From the NCBI GenBank assembly GCA_965644495.1, contig CBFFSA010000012.1, forward strand, positions 124,001 to 188,000: a stretch of DNA of 64,000 nt, written 5' to 3'. The notes under the pieces were generated by a model. That model searched no databases. It worked only from the letters and a program-made list of their open reading frames with translations, and had not been told where the DNA came from. Made by a program: the position numbers and the translations under genes. Each line of letters starts with the position of its first letter. Positions within the stretch are counted from its first letter, which is position 1. Below are positions 12,323-23,392 of the stretch, piece by piece. This DNA is from Perkinsela sp. CCAP 1560/9 (lineage: Eukaryota > Protista > Euglenozoa: Kinetoplastea).

Positions 12323-13007
12323 CTTCTTTATGTGATATACCCCTTTTCCGTGTCCCCATTTCCCCAGAGACTCGCAGCCTTCTCAAGAATAGGGGTGATG
12401 TCCGTTAAGGATTTTGTAGAGCCCCGGCAATAAACTTGAGAGTAATGTTCGAAGACCGACGGTAGGGGCAGGGGGGACCAATCTGAATTCTTACGTCTTT
12501 GTGACTATTTTTTTGGAAAACTCACCTGACACGAAATCGGGCCACAAATCGGGCACGACGAATTAACCTACGGTAGCGAGGGAGTAGTATCTCCCTCAAT
12601 AAAGTGAAGATTGCAACGGTTCATAGGCACATCCTTCCACCACCATTTCCCACGTACATGTGAGTCCCGGGCTTTAAGCAGGATTAAAGGATTCCATAGA
12701 CCGAAAAGTTACCTTTCTTCTTCGTTTTTGATAGGAAATTGACAAGGGTAAGGATGGACGGCCCATAACTCATACCTTGGTGGTTCATGAACCAATGAAC
12801 CACTTCATGAACCATTTCATGAGCCACTGTTTTCATGAAATGGTTCATGAACCAGTACTAACGAGGGTGCTGACAGGAGTGATATCAAGGGTTGATGGTA
12901 CGGCACGGTGACAAGGGGTGAGGACAAGGAGCTCTTACTACTGCTACTAGCATATCATGGAGACGGAATGTAATAAACCACCGTCCGGGTTATTAGACTA
13001 CCTAGGA

Positions 13008-13150
13008 GGTATAATAAGTGTCCCTAGGTATAATAAGTGTCCCTAGGTATAATAAGTATCCCTAGGTATAATAAGTATCCCTAGGTATAATAAGTATCCC
13101 TAGGTATAATAAGTATCCCTAGGTATAATAAGTATCCCTAGGTATAATAA
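13008..13150. repeat. Tandem 19-bp repeat GGTATAATAAGT(G/A)TCCCTA, 7 full copies + partial
   Basis: Direct inspection; no spacers. Confidence 0.95.
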
Positions 13151-13874
13151 CTTTGCTTTGCAAAAAGGGTAAAAAAAAATTCGCGCTGCGCGGCGCGTTT
13201 TTTTCATATTGCCCACAACATGTTATGATCCATTGGCAACTTTCCCTCTTGCGCCTGGGGACGCCTGGGGAAACGCGTGCGAGTGGGGGGGTAAGTTTAT
13301 TTTCTGGGGCTTCAGGGATAAAAGAATAGGAAATGCCACGAATACATGTATTTTCGTGGTTATTATACCCCAACTGGTCAAAACTCTTGACAATATCAAT
13401 CTGATTTCTTGGTAAGTTCTCCTCATTAAAATTGAAATTCACGCAACATTGAAATTTACGCGCAGTGAGGGAAAAGATTGTGTTGCTTCGTAGTCGACAG
13501 CAAAGAGCATGCACCAGCATGTTTTTACGTGTCCAGGCGAAGAAGTAAACCTTTCGGAGTGTTTATGTTAGGGCGATCGTCCGTAATCCCGTCTTTGTGG
13601 CATAAATCAGGGGGAAATCAGAAAAATTGTGAAAAATACAAGATTTTGTCTACCAAAAAACAAAGTGTTCTATGTGCATTCGAAAATCCAAACAACGCAG
13701 ATTCCGTGCCTGCACGTTCATGAGCCCTGTTCGAGAGCTCTTGAATGCGCTATAACTTTCCAAAATGGGCCAAGTTATACAAATTTCAGACCCTTCCTGT
13801 TTTCTCAAATCCTGTTTCCAAAATGGGCCAAGTTATACAAATTTCAGACCCTTCCTGTTTTCTCAGACCCTTCT

Positions 13875-14527
13875 GTTTTTTTTCGAAAAAAAACCCGCAG
13901 AAGCGGTAGCCGGGGTCTTGGCGCGTATTTTCCACCCCCCTACCCGGGGGTGACTCCCCCGCGTATCCGCAGGACGGGTCCGCCAAGTTCGGATTTTTTC
14001 GGAAAAAAAAAATTCAAATTGGCGAAAAAAATGGTAAAAAAGATATTTTTTCAACATTTTTTCCCTATTGTATTTTGAGAGTTTGGGACCTATACTAACC
14101 TTCTACACCGTCGTTTTCGCCAGATACCCCTTCTAGCCGTGGCACGCCTCCCAAAATGGCCCATTTTTGACCAAAAAGTGCGAAAAAGTAATTTTCGGAC
14201 CTAAAGGGGTCTTTTTATGTCAAAAGAATGGTGTGGTTGGAGTCGCATTCTCTACCCAATACGTTCAGTAGGCTTTTATTCACGCCTACGAGTGATTTCT
14301 CACAGGCAAATATCGGATTTACTGCTCTGAGAGCAAAAGTAGGCAAAAATCACCCCATTTTTACCTGAAAATCGGCTAATTTTGGCTATAATCTTTGTGT
14401 TTTCTTTAGCTTTCCATTTTTTCTTTTTTAGGCTCTTCGTTAAACGCGGTGGTAGTTTTCAACGCGAAGGGCGCAGCATGAGTGACTTCTAAGTTGAAAA
14501 CAACTACCGCGTTTAACGAAGAGCCTA
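13875..14527. mobile_element. Hairpin-ended element, truncated copy
   Basis: Homologous to ~1100-1760, including the large hairpin at 14429-14527. Confidence 0.75.
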
Positions 14528-14779
14528 AAAAAGAAAATTATACTTAGGAGGTACAATAGGTGTCCCTAGGTATAACCCGGACGGCGGTTTAAAATATAAT
14601 TACTATTTATAATATACATACTAACTTAAATATATTTTAGATTATTTTTACATGTACATGTAATGCATAAGTTTATACACATATTGTATATATTACTATA
14701 AACTTTATAGAAGAAGAATTAACATGTAAAGTTTTATAAGAATACTAGTACTTACTATACATGCATATTTAGTTAACAC

Positions 14780-17700
14780 ATGCAGGAATCGAGATCTAGG
14801 TTGCAGGAGCTAATTAAACTCCTCCATCAGGCGAGCGCAGCCTCCGCGCAGCATCTAGAAAGTATTGCACGACTGGAAAAGCTTTATCAGGATCCAGCTT
14901 GCGACGTATTGGACACACTAGTATCCCTATTTCGAGCGACTGAACCAGAGGCCGTAGCGGAACTTGAGAGATCCATAACTAGCGGGAATTATGAACAAAC
15001 ACAGCTCTATGCTGGGTACGCAATAAAAGTCCTGCTACGAAAAAGAAAAGAATTATCTAATAGTCGAACACTTCTTCCTGTTATACTCGAGCAACTCAAC
15101 AGCAATTCGTTGGGTATTCAAAAATGTACGAGCTCCATCCTTTCGACTTTACTCGACAATGAACATAGTATGCAGCAAGGGCCTGCGACAACCGGGATCA
15201 TGTTTTCAGAAGTACTGAATCAGATCCTTGACGCGCTTTTATCGCAGAATGTGGACCTGAAGACAGGCTACGTACTTATGCTACAAAAACTCTGCGAAGA
15301 TTTCGGTTATGCCGTGATACTTCATTCAAAAGCAGATGAAGCAGTCTCTTTGTTGTGTATTTTGGTACAGAACCGAACGGATGAAACCTTAATTGCTTTA
15401 CATTCTTTAGTCGCTCTTCTTAGTTGTGCTCAAGACGCAGCGGAAAGAAGCGTCCAAGGTCTCTCTACTGAAACCCAGATAATTCGGGATAGATTGAGAC
15501 TGTACAGCGACCAAATCTTTCAGTCACTTATACAGCTTCTCTCTGTGTCAGACATCACTTCACCCGAAAAGACTATTCCTTGGACTGACTTTACCAAGTC
15601 TGCCTGTACGATTTTTGTGCTACTTGTGCGGTATCCCGGTGCCCAGTTTCTATCCTCCTTGCCTGCTTTAATGGAGTTCGTTCTTCTACAGCTGCGAAAG
15701 CACTTGGCTCAATTCATACCATATTTTAGTCAAATTTTGCCAACGGCGCAGGTTACCTCAACAAGTATTACCTCTGCGCCATCGTACAGTACTTCCGAGG
15801 GCATTGCACTGGAGGCCTGTGAGCTATGGAATGCCCTACTTGCGTGTCATTTAGGAACGGAGCTTTTACATTCAAAGCTTCCGGAAATCGTTCCCGTGCT
15901 TCTGCTGTGCATGGTCTATTCAACAGAGGACGTCTCGATGCGCATGAGTACAAAAGACCACACTCAGGTTCCGGATGCTGAAACACACAAAGGTGGTAAG
16001 AAGACGTCTGGGGCTAACGCTCAGGGACGAAGTATCAAGGAGGAAGAACACTTGGGAGAAGACGAATCTGAGGACGACGATGATAGTGACAACGTCCCTG
16101 ACTGGAATTTGCGTCAGTGCGCCGCACTCGCTTTGGAGGAATGTGCCTCGATGTATGGAGAAGAATTACTCCCTGTGCTCCTTCCTTGTCTGTCAACTCT
16201 GTTGAGCACTCCCCTTGAAAGCATTCCTGCTGAACACGCAGGGTGGAGACTGCGGGAAGGAGCAGTGTTGGCCCTTGGGGCTGTCGCAGAAGGGCTGGCC
16301 AGTATGCTGGAGTCTCAGCTTCCGACATTGCTCCAGTCCGTAATTTCGACTGTGGCTGACACCTCTGTCACGCACCCACTACTACGCAGTACATGCTTCT
16401 GGACCATAGGACAATACGCGTCTTATTTTACGCAACCAGAGCACGCCGATCTATGGCGCACAGTTGGGATGGATTCGCTCTCGGTGCTTCTCTCCGTTCT
16501 CTTCCCATGCCTCCTGGCGGAGAGCAAAACAGTTCAAGAGTCTGCGCTTGCAACGCTTCAAATCCTACTCGAAGAGGTCTCCGCTGATTCTTTGGAGCAG
16601 AATCTAATAACAAATTTGCTTCCTATATTGCCCCGACTCTTTACATTGTACCAAAACAAGAACCAGGTAATTCTACTACAGCTAATTGGAAGTCTGTGTA
16701 GTCGTTGTACCGTGCTAGAATTGTGCCCAATCACCGTGTACAAAGACCTGTGCGCCCTTCTTTATCACCAATTTGCTGCTATTCAAGACACTTCTCCTCT
16801 TCTTGGGGACCTCCTTGCTACCTTGGCTGTCCTTTTCCGGTGGTACCAACCTTCTAGCGCAAGCGAGGAAATAGCTCCTTCCCTAGTCAGCTTTGGAAAG
16901 TCTGTCCTTAGCAGGCTCTTGCCTCTGTTTTCCCATAACCTCCACGTAAGACAGCAATCGATTGTAGCTAAGGAAGAACCCGAAGAGGAGTACATTTTAA
17001 TTAGCATGGGGAAAATGCTTGATGCGCTCACCACAGTGCTGCCCCAGGTCGTATCCGCCATTGTCCTTGAAAATACCACCCACAGCAGTACGTTGCTACG
17101 ACTTCTCCACCTCTGTGCGTGCGATCCCTTAAGCGGTCCCCTTCGAGCACAAGGCCTTGATTCCTTCGAGGCCTTGTTACACACCTTCCCCAACCTCTTT
17201 TCCCACCCCCCAGAGGGTTTCACCAACCGAGAGCTTGTCTACGAAGCCTTATGCAAAAACCTCCTTCTCCCACCCCCCTCCGAGCCCAACAACCCACCCA
17301 CCACCCACCCCACCCTCCCCCTCTCCGAGACCGCTTACCGCTCCGCTACCCACCTTGCGGTTTCTTTCGCCCAATTCGCCCACACAACTTCGAATCCTTC
17401 TCCTTTCCCGACCACCACCACCACCACCACCACCCACAACAACAACCACAACAACCCCACGACCCCTCCCCCCTCCCTCTCCCCCCTCTCCCCCCTCGCC
17501 CTCTCTCTCCAGCACACCCTCTCCCACCCCTCCCACCCCCGGGCCCTCCGTGACAGCGCCGCCCTCGCCTGGGCCCGTCTCGGGAACCTCCCCCCCTCCC
17601 CCCCCCTCCTCAACGCCTTCCCCACACTCTTCCCCGTGTGCTGCCGCGCGATCCGTAGCCGTACTCGTAGTCGCACTCCCCACACAGCGACCACCACGCT

Positions 17701-18028
17701 GGACACCACCGAGGCCCAGCGTGACGCCTTCCTCGGGTTGGTCCAACTCGCGCGACACGACCCGGGGCCGGTGCTGGTGGAGCCGAAGCTCTTCCTCGAG
17801 ACCCTACGGTTCCTGGGGAGGTGCGGGAATGAGGAGGCCACACTGTCCGGGATAAAGGGGTTCCTGGTGGGGGTGTGGGGGGTGGCCGCAGGGGCTACGG
17901 GGGGCACGCTGCGGGAGTTTGTGGAGACGCAGATTCGGGAAGGGGGGGTGGAGCAGAAAGCGTGGGGGAGGGCGGTGGGGAGGTTTCTGATTGAGGTGTA
18001 TAACCTGCCGGTGAGGATGGCGGGGTAG
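14780..18028 (+). CDS. TNPO1: Transportin / karyopherin beta-2 (HEAT repeats)
   Basis: Acidic loop then DWNLRQCAALALE, WRLREGAVLALGAVAEG and HPLLRSTCFWTIGQYA, matching transportin-1 motifs. Confidence 0.85.
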   Translation: MQESRSRLQELIKLLHQASAASAQHLESIARLEKLYQDPACDVLDTLVSLFRATEPEAVAELERSITSGNYEQTQLYAGYAIKVLLRKRKELSNSRTLLPVILEQLNSNSLGIQKCTSSILSTLLDNEHSMQQGPATTGIMFSEVLNQILDALLSQNVDLKTGYVLMLQKLCEDFGYAVILHSKADEAVSLLCILVQNRTDETLIALHSLVALLSCAQDAAERSVQGLSTETQIIRDRLRLYSDQIFQSLIQLLSVSDITSPEKTIPWTDFTKSACTIFVLLVRYPGAQFLSSLPALMEFVLLQLRKHLAQFIPYFSQILPTAQVTSTSITSAPSYSTSEGIALEACELWNALLACHLGTELLHSKLPEIVPVLLLCMVYSTEDVSMRMSTKDHTQVPDAETHKGGKKTSGANAQGRSIKEEEHLGEDESEDDDDSDNVPDWNLRQCAALALEECASMYGEELLPVLLPCLSTLLSTPLESIPAEHAGWRLREGAVLALGAVAEGLASMLESQLPTLLQSVISTVADTSVTHPLLRSTCFWTIGQYASYFTQPEHADLWRTVGMDSLSVLLSVLFPCLLAESKTVQESALATLQILLEEVSADSLEQNLITNLLPILPRLFTLYQNKNQVILLQLIGSLCSRCTVLELCPITVYKDLCALLYHQFAAIQDTSPLLGDLLATLAVLFRWYQPSSASEEIAPSLVSFGKSVLSRLLPLFSHNLHVRQQSIVAKEEPEEEYILISMGKMLDALTTVLPQVVSAIVLENTTHSSTLLRLLHLCACDPLSGPLRAQGLDSFEALLHTFPNLFSHPPEGFTNRELVYEALCKNLLLPPPSEPNNPPTTHPTLPLSETAYRSATHLAVSFAQFAHTTSNPSPFPTTTTTTTTHNNNHNNPTTPPPSLSPLSPLALSLQHTLSHPSHPRALRDSAALAWARLGNLPPSPPLLNAFPTLFPVCCRAIRSRTRSRTPHTATTTLDTTEAQRDAFLGLVQLARHDPGPVLVEPKLFLETLRFLGRCGNEEATLSGIKGFLVGVWGVAAGATGGTLREFVETQIREGGVEQKAWGRAVGRFLIEVYNLPVRMAG

Positions 18029-18479
18029 GGGTGGGGTGGGAAGGGGATGCGGGTTGGGGAGACGGGAGCACGAATTAAGGAGTGTGAAAGTCGTCGCAAT
18101 TGGGCGGTGTAGTTTTTGGGGTAAAAGGACATGAATGTTGAGAATTACGTAAAGTAGGGTCTTAGTTTGTATTACTGTCGTTTAAAAGTAACATGGGGTT
18201 ACGACTCAAGGATTCTAGGTAAGGGATACGAAAGGTAACGCCTCCAAACAAGATACGTGTAAATGATACTTGTACCAGTACAGATAAATGTGATGGAAAT
18301 GAATGCAGGTATTTGTATGAGTTTTGGGTGTCATCACAGAAAGCGAGATTCAATGTTGTCGAATCTGAGAGTTTTGGAAAATAATAGCGCATTGAAGGGC
18401 ATTGACGATCCCACTTGACCATCTATCTGAGAGGGATCGGCTAAGCTCTCTGTGTTCCTCTTCCTCTTCTTGTGTTTTC

Positions 18480-19610
18480 ATGTAGTGCTCCTCCGACTAA
18501 TACTGAAGACACTGAAATCCATCGGTGTGGAACATGCCTGATTGTACGTAGGTCTGCATTTTACGTTGAATAGCGTTTCGTAACAAATTCGGATACTTTT
18601 TCGTGCGGTTCGTTGCAGCCATTTCATGAATGATGGTCAGGTCATGGAAAATCGGCCCAGTGTTCCAGTAGATAACGAGATCGGGGCCTGATCGATGATG
18701 ATTTTTCCCACCGCAGACCTTATGATGACAGTGCTGATTGGAAAAGTCAATGACGTTCCGGCAGGTTAGGCATGCCCAAGTACTGACCGAACGCGTTTCC
18801 TCCTCACAGGGGATTCCTGCTTTAATACATACAGTAAGTCGTAAAGAAGACGAACCATTGCATTGTGCTTGGAAGTTACGTTCAATCCCGTGCATCGTTT
18901 GCTATCAGCCTGAAATGTGGGTTAGTATACTTTTCGAATCACACACAGTCTGACACCCAGAGCGCTGTACATTCTTTGGTAACTTAGGATGCGCTGCTCC
19001 AAATCTTGCCATGATCGTTCGTAATGGGACGCAGGTGCATACCGCGCATTCGATGTAAGCCAATCTGAATTTCCTTTGAATGAGGTTGCCTCTATTATCG
19101 GTCCTATCTCCGGATCCTTCGAAAGGAGTTCGAATTTTTTTTTGATGCATTATTGAGGCTGTTGTGCTTTCTTCATCGGATGGAATATTTGTCGCATTTT
19201 CATTTCCAGATGAGCTGGTTTGAGCAGAACTAGAATTTTTGCCCTCGAAAACCATAAATCTGGAGTTGTGGTACGCGGCAGTACGTGTCTCGTGACAAGC
19301 GGTTAGGCCTAAGCCACCTTTTTTGATCGGCAGTCTTAGTTTGTGCAGTTGCCAAGGTGTGATTGGAGTCATTTGTCGAATTGGTTTGAGCGCCTCTTTA
19401 GCTTGCAGGGCTTTTGCAAACAGCTTTAGTGGAATGGAATCCATGCCCCCCAGGTTCAAAATTTTCTGCATGCTTCTTGCGTGCCCCAACCTTGTCGAGG
19501 GGGTCAGTGGCATCCGGTGAATGAAAGCTACGGCCATGGACGAATCTGGACCGGATCCCTCTGTGCGGCAAAATTCTTCGAGCCTTTTCCATATCCTTGC
19601 TCTCGCTCAA
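18480..19610 (-). pseudogene. Degraded non-LTR retrotransposon 3' part (CRE/SLACS-like; thumb, CCHC, RLE)
   Basis: LRLPIKKGGLGL motif; CLTC..H..C knuckle followed by PDL..DLTI..K..Y restriction-like endonuclease pattern; broken by stops and frameshifts. Confidence 0.65.
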
Positions 19611-19715
19611 AAGGCGATATTAATTCTTAATATTTACTGTCACCCCCCTTTATACTTCAGGGAGGTGAACCTCCCCCTTTGGAAGATGATAGGACGGCGT
19701 AGAAATCTAGTATAG

Positions 19716-19983
19716 GCCCCAAACTCTTAAAATACAATAGAGGAAACGATTTTTAAAAAATTATTTATTTGCCATTACTTCATATTTTCTCTACCCTGAT
19801 CAAAAATAAGGAAAAATGAAAAAGGAAAATGATAATGAAAAAATCAATTTTCTTTTTCGGGATTTTCATTTTCCTTTATTTTTAGCCAGGGAAGTACTGT
19901 GTTCCTCTCTATATTTTTACCAATTTCGTTCCCTTTTTTTTCTGTAATCGAGGGTAGAGCGATAGCTATACGACCACTGCAAT
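19716..19983. mobile_element. Diverged copy of the hairpin-ended element
   Basis: Ends ATCGAGGGTAGAGCGATAGCTATACGACCACTGCAATT, a decayed version of the short terminal hairpin. Confidence 0.6.
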
Positions 19984-19985
19984 TA

Positions 19986-21180
19986 AGAGGGGTGAAACTA
20001 TTCAGGTTCGGGGTCGGTTCGCCTCGGTTCGCCTGGCGCAATCTATTCCCCTTCTACCAATTCTTTATGTTTATTTATTCGTCCTTTTTATTCGTTTTTC
20101 TGTTTTTTCGTGTACGTATTTATCATAAATACATCTGTGGAGCAGTATTTTCTACAATCAGAAAATTTGATGGACAAAAACTGAAAAAGAACCGAAATTT
20201 GCTTCAGTTTCACCTACTTAAGAGAAAAGTTCGGCAGTCGCAGAAAATCACGAATAATACTACTATGAATATTTTATTAAAATATTCGCTAAAATAATTT
20301 TTGCGCGCGTAAATTTTAATAATATATGATCATATCACACTACCACTGGTATGATACGTATGGTGAACTTTGCTCAATAAGATCAAAGCCAAACCGTAGA
20401 AAAGCTTCGATGCAGCTTGCGATCCCGTATACCATGTACGAATCTATATCCGCGCAGAGTTTCCCCCATACCTCGTTAGATAGAACAGCCCCGTTCTCAT
20501 TCCATGTTTTCAGATTTTTTAGTGGGATGGCCATTCTAATGGTGCTGGCAGGTACTTCCGTACTGATCCGCAAAAAAACCGTACAGCTTACTTTATGGTT
20601 GTCAGCCCAAGAGAAGAATGGGAAGTATGGGGCTGACCGCTTGCCCCCACAAGAAATTTTGGATCGCATGGAGGAGTACTTGCTCGACAAGTGCATTGAA
20701 CGGCTGGAGAGTCGTTCTAAAGTGTTGCAAGACAGCGACAACTGCAACATCATTAAGGAAATATACGGAGTTCCTATTGATGGGACTATTCTTCTTGAAG
20801 CATTAGTGCTTATGTCACATGCTCGTGATACAGGGCTATTGTTTCATGAAGATGGAGAAGGATCATACAAACTTTTACATGCATCCGTACTATCACCGGC
20901 ACCTCCATACTGCAAGGAAATTTTCCATGATACTAGAGGTTTTCTCCGTCTTCCAGTAAAGACTTCACTCCTTAGAGCCAGAACTGTGCCTCTACGACTG
21001 CAACGTATAATATGGGAGTATACAAGAAAATCATATAGAAGTGCACATTTTTTTTGAACATGAAAAGCTTGTAACTAGTTTTGAAAAAAGCGCCAAGTAG
21101 AAATCGCCTTTGGTTTCAATGGGATTGGGTCGGTTCGCTTCGGTTCGTCCAGGTGACGTATTTTTAAGTTTCACCCCTCT
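19986..21180. mobile_element. TIR element (hAT-like ends) enclosing a non-transposase ORF
   Basis: Perfect 14-bp IR AGAGGGGTGAAACT / AGTTTCACCCCTCT; subterminal GGTCGGTTCGCYTCGGTTCG at both ends. Confidence 0.55.
20326..21057 (+). CDS. Hypothetical protein (start uncertain)
   Basis: 243-aa open frame; no family recognised. Confidence 0.5.
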   Translation: MIISHYHWYDTYGELCSIRSKPNRRKASMQLAIPYTMYESISAQSFPHTSLDRTAPFSFHVFRFFSGMAILMVLAGTSVLIRKKTVQLTLWLSAQEKNGKYGADRLPPQEILDRMEEYLLDKCIERLESRSKVLQDSDNCNIIKEIYGVPIDGTILLEALVLMSHARDTGLLFHEDGEGSYKLLHASVLSPAPPYCKEIFHDTRGFLRLPVKTSLLRARTVPLRLQRIIWEYTRKSYRSAHFF

Positions 21181-21305
21181 AAAACGACTACTCTCCTGTG
21201 TATTGATCACTCAATCAGTAAACCCCCCTGACGGTTATTCTTCCCTCTTTCCCCTTACCTTTCCCCCCCACACCTTTCCTCTTCTCCCCCTTCCCCCTCC
21301 CTTCC

Positions 21306-23162
21306 ATGCCTCCCTTTCCCCCCCTCCCTCTCCCCCCACCCCTCGCACGTTCCCTCCGTCCCCCCCTCCCTCCCCCCACCCTCTCCCCTCTCCTCACCCT
21401 ACACCCCTCCTCCCCCTCCCGTCGCCTCCACACCTCCCCCTCTTCGCGTACCCCCAACCCCATGGCTTCTCCCTCTTCGTCTTCTCCCACTTCGTCTTCT
21501 CCCCGGCCCCCCCGCCTCAGCCAGCCCACCCCCGCCTCCCACCCCCACCTGGTGGCCCCCGGTGCCCTCACCCCCGGCATCCCCGCCCCCGAGTACGCCT
21601 CCCGTCGCCGCGCCCTCCACCGCGCCCTCCCCCCCAACGCCCTCCTCGTACTCGCCGGGTCCCCCCGCCCCACCCGCACCCACGACATCCTGTGGCCCGC
21701 GCGGCAGGAATCCAACCTGTGGTTCCTGACCGCCGTGGCCCACACGGAGCCCCGGGTCGTCGCGGTGTTCGTGAACAGGACCCCCACGAGTACACGTCGT
21801 CCGAGTTGTAGCCGTAGTCCTAGCCACCGTCCCGGGGGTACGACGCGTAGTGTGACGGGGGAGTCGCCTACGAGGGGTACCGCCGGGACGGTGGCTAGGA
21901 CTACAGATACGGCTACGACGACGGCTACGACGAGTACGGAGTGGTTGTTGTTCGTGGAGGAGAGTACGGCAGAGGGGGAGTTGTGGCATGGGCCTCGGAC
22001 GGGGGTACGGGAGGCGGTGGGGGTGTTGGGGTGTGACCGGGCGTATCCGTTGGGGAGACTGGGGGAGGTGCTGGCGGGGTTGTATGGGGAGTTGAAGATG
22101 GGGATGGGGGAGGGGGGAGGAGGAGGAGGAGAGGTGTCGCAGGAAGGGGGGCTGTATCTTCCGAATGATGTGCCGTGTTACTACCACCGTGGTGGGGGGG
22201 GTAAAGGGGATAGTGTGGATGTGGAGGTGAGGAAGTGGAGAGACTCGCCGCTTGGTCCAGGTACGTTGATGTGTCCAGCCCACCTGTTTTGGGAGTTACG
22301 AATGGTGAAGTCTCAAGCGGCACAGCGTATGATGACGCACGCGGCGGAGATTACCAAGGATGGGTTTCGTGCCGCGATGGGGTGCACCGCCCCTGGGCTC
22401 TCCGAGCACCACGTGGCCTCGGTGCTGGAGTTTGCCTGTCAGCTCCGTGGGGCAGAAGGGTTAGCGTATGTCCCGGTAGTCGCCAGTGGACGCAATGCCT
22501 TATCACTACACTATATTGACAACAACGCCATGATGCAGGAGGGGGATCTGGTGATGGTGGATGCGGGAGCGAGCTACCATTACTATCCCACAGATTGCAC
22601 CCGGGTGTGGCCCGTGGGGGAGCGGTTTTCCCCAGCCCAACGGAAGCTGTACAACGCGCTGCTGGAAGTGCAGAAGGGTTTGATCCGCGAGGTGGTTCCT
22701 GGGCGAAAAATCTCCACCATGCATGGGGAAAGTGAGCGACGTGTGTTGGAGGCGCTGCAGTCTGTCGGGGTGATTGATCCTCAGTGGAGTCCGGCGCAAA
22801 AGACTGCGTTGCTACGGAGGATTTACCCCCACAACTGGGGTCACCCCATGGGGATCGATATTCATGAGAACTACTCTATACAAACGGATTGCTTTGTTCC
22901 GGGGATGATGCACACTGTGGAGCCCGGGGTTTACATCCCAGACGACTCGGTTTTTCCTCCAGAATTTCGCGGCATTGGGTTTCGAATCGAAGATAATCTG
23001 ATTGTTGGGGGATCTGAAACCTCCTCCACTAATACACCGTCGCCACCTATTGTCATTACTGCTGGCATTCCTAAAGAGGTGGATGAGATTGAGGATTGCA
23101 AAAGACGTTTCGCGGAAACGGATCCGTTATATCAAGTAGTCAAGAGACGTCATAGCGTGTGA
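21306..23162 (+). CDS. Xaa-Pro aminopeptidase, M24B (Icp55/XPNPEP3-like)
   Basis: RQESNLWFLT, DAGASYHYYPTDCTRVWP, HNWGHPMGIDIHE, TVEPGVYIP, GIGFRIEDN metal-ligand motifs; start uncertain. Confidence 0.9.
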   Translation: MPPFPPLPLPPPLARSLRPPLPPPTLSPLLTLHPSSPSRRLHTSPSSRTPNPMASPSSSSPTSSSPRPPRLSQPTPASHPHLVAPGALTPGIPAPEYASRRRALHRALPPNALLVLAGSPRPTRTHDILWPARQESNLWFLTAVAHTEPRVVAVFVNRTPTSTRRPSCSRSPSHRPGGTTRSVTGESPTRGTAGTVARTTDTATTTATTSTEWLLFVEESTAEGELWHGPRTGVREAVGVLGCDRAYPLGRLGEVLAGLYGELKMGMGEGGGGGGEVSQEGGLYLPNDVPCYYHRGGGGKGDSVDVEVRKWRDSPLGPGTLMCPAHLFWELRMVKSQAAQRMMTHAAEITKDGFRAAMGCTAPGLSEHHVASVLEFACQLRGAEGLAYVPVVASGRNALSLHYIDNNAMMQEGDLVMVDAGASYHYYPTDCTRVWPVGERFSPAQRKLYNALLEVQKGLIREVVPGRKISTMHGESERRVLEALQSVGVIDPQWSPAQKTALLRRIYPHNWGHPMGIDIHENYSIQTDCFVPGMMHTVEPGVYIPDDSVFPPEFRGIGFRIEDNLIVGGSETSSTNTPSPPIVITAGIPKEVDEIEDCKRRFAETDPLYQVVKRRHSV

Positions 23163-23392
23163 TAACCATCGTATTGATTCCCCACAGTGGTTTTGCAAAG
23201 CATGTAGTATGTTGTAGACAACGCATACCTCTATGCACGATTTTAGTTTGGAGGTATTGTGGAGCGCACATTGGCGCGGCTCTCTCCAACTCACCTCCTT
23301 TACAGATGTACTCCTGCAGATTCAAACCCCCCAATGTTCCGTTACATTCGCTTCTGCCCTCTACTTTTCTCCCTTTTTCTCCTCCCCCCGCA

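Larger units (their letters stand above)
12974..14591. mobile_element. TIR element containing a 19-bp array and a nested hairpin-ended element
   Basis: 20-bp IR TAAACCACCGTCCGGGTTAT / ATAACCCGGACGGCGGTTTA; the same CTAGGAGGTA..GTGTCCCTAGG motif lies inside both ends. Confidence 0.65.

Noticed and set aside
12781-12854. TGGTTCATGAACCA palindrome cluster
   Set aside because: Real but short; probably MITE debris and no boundaries could be set.
13008-13150. CRISPR-like array
   Set aside because: Contiguous 19-mers with no spacers, no cas genes, eukaryotic context.
17157-18132. Long Pro- or Gly-rich alternative-frame and antisense ORFs (also 21-24 kb, 35-36 kb)
   Set aside because: Explained by stop-codon scarcity in C- and G-skewed DNA overlapping real genes.
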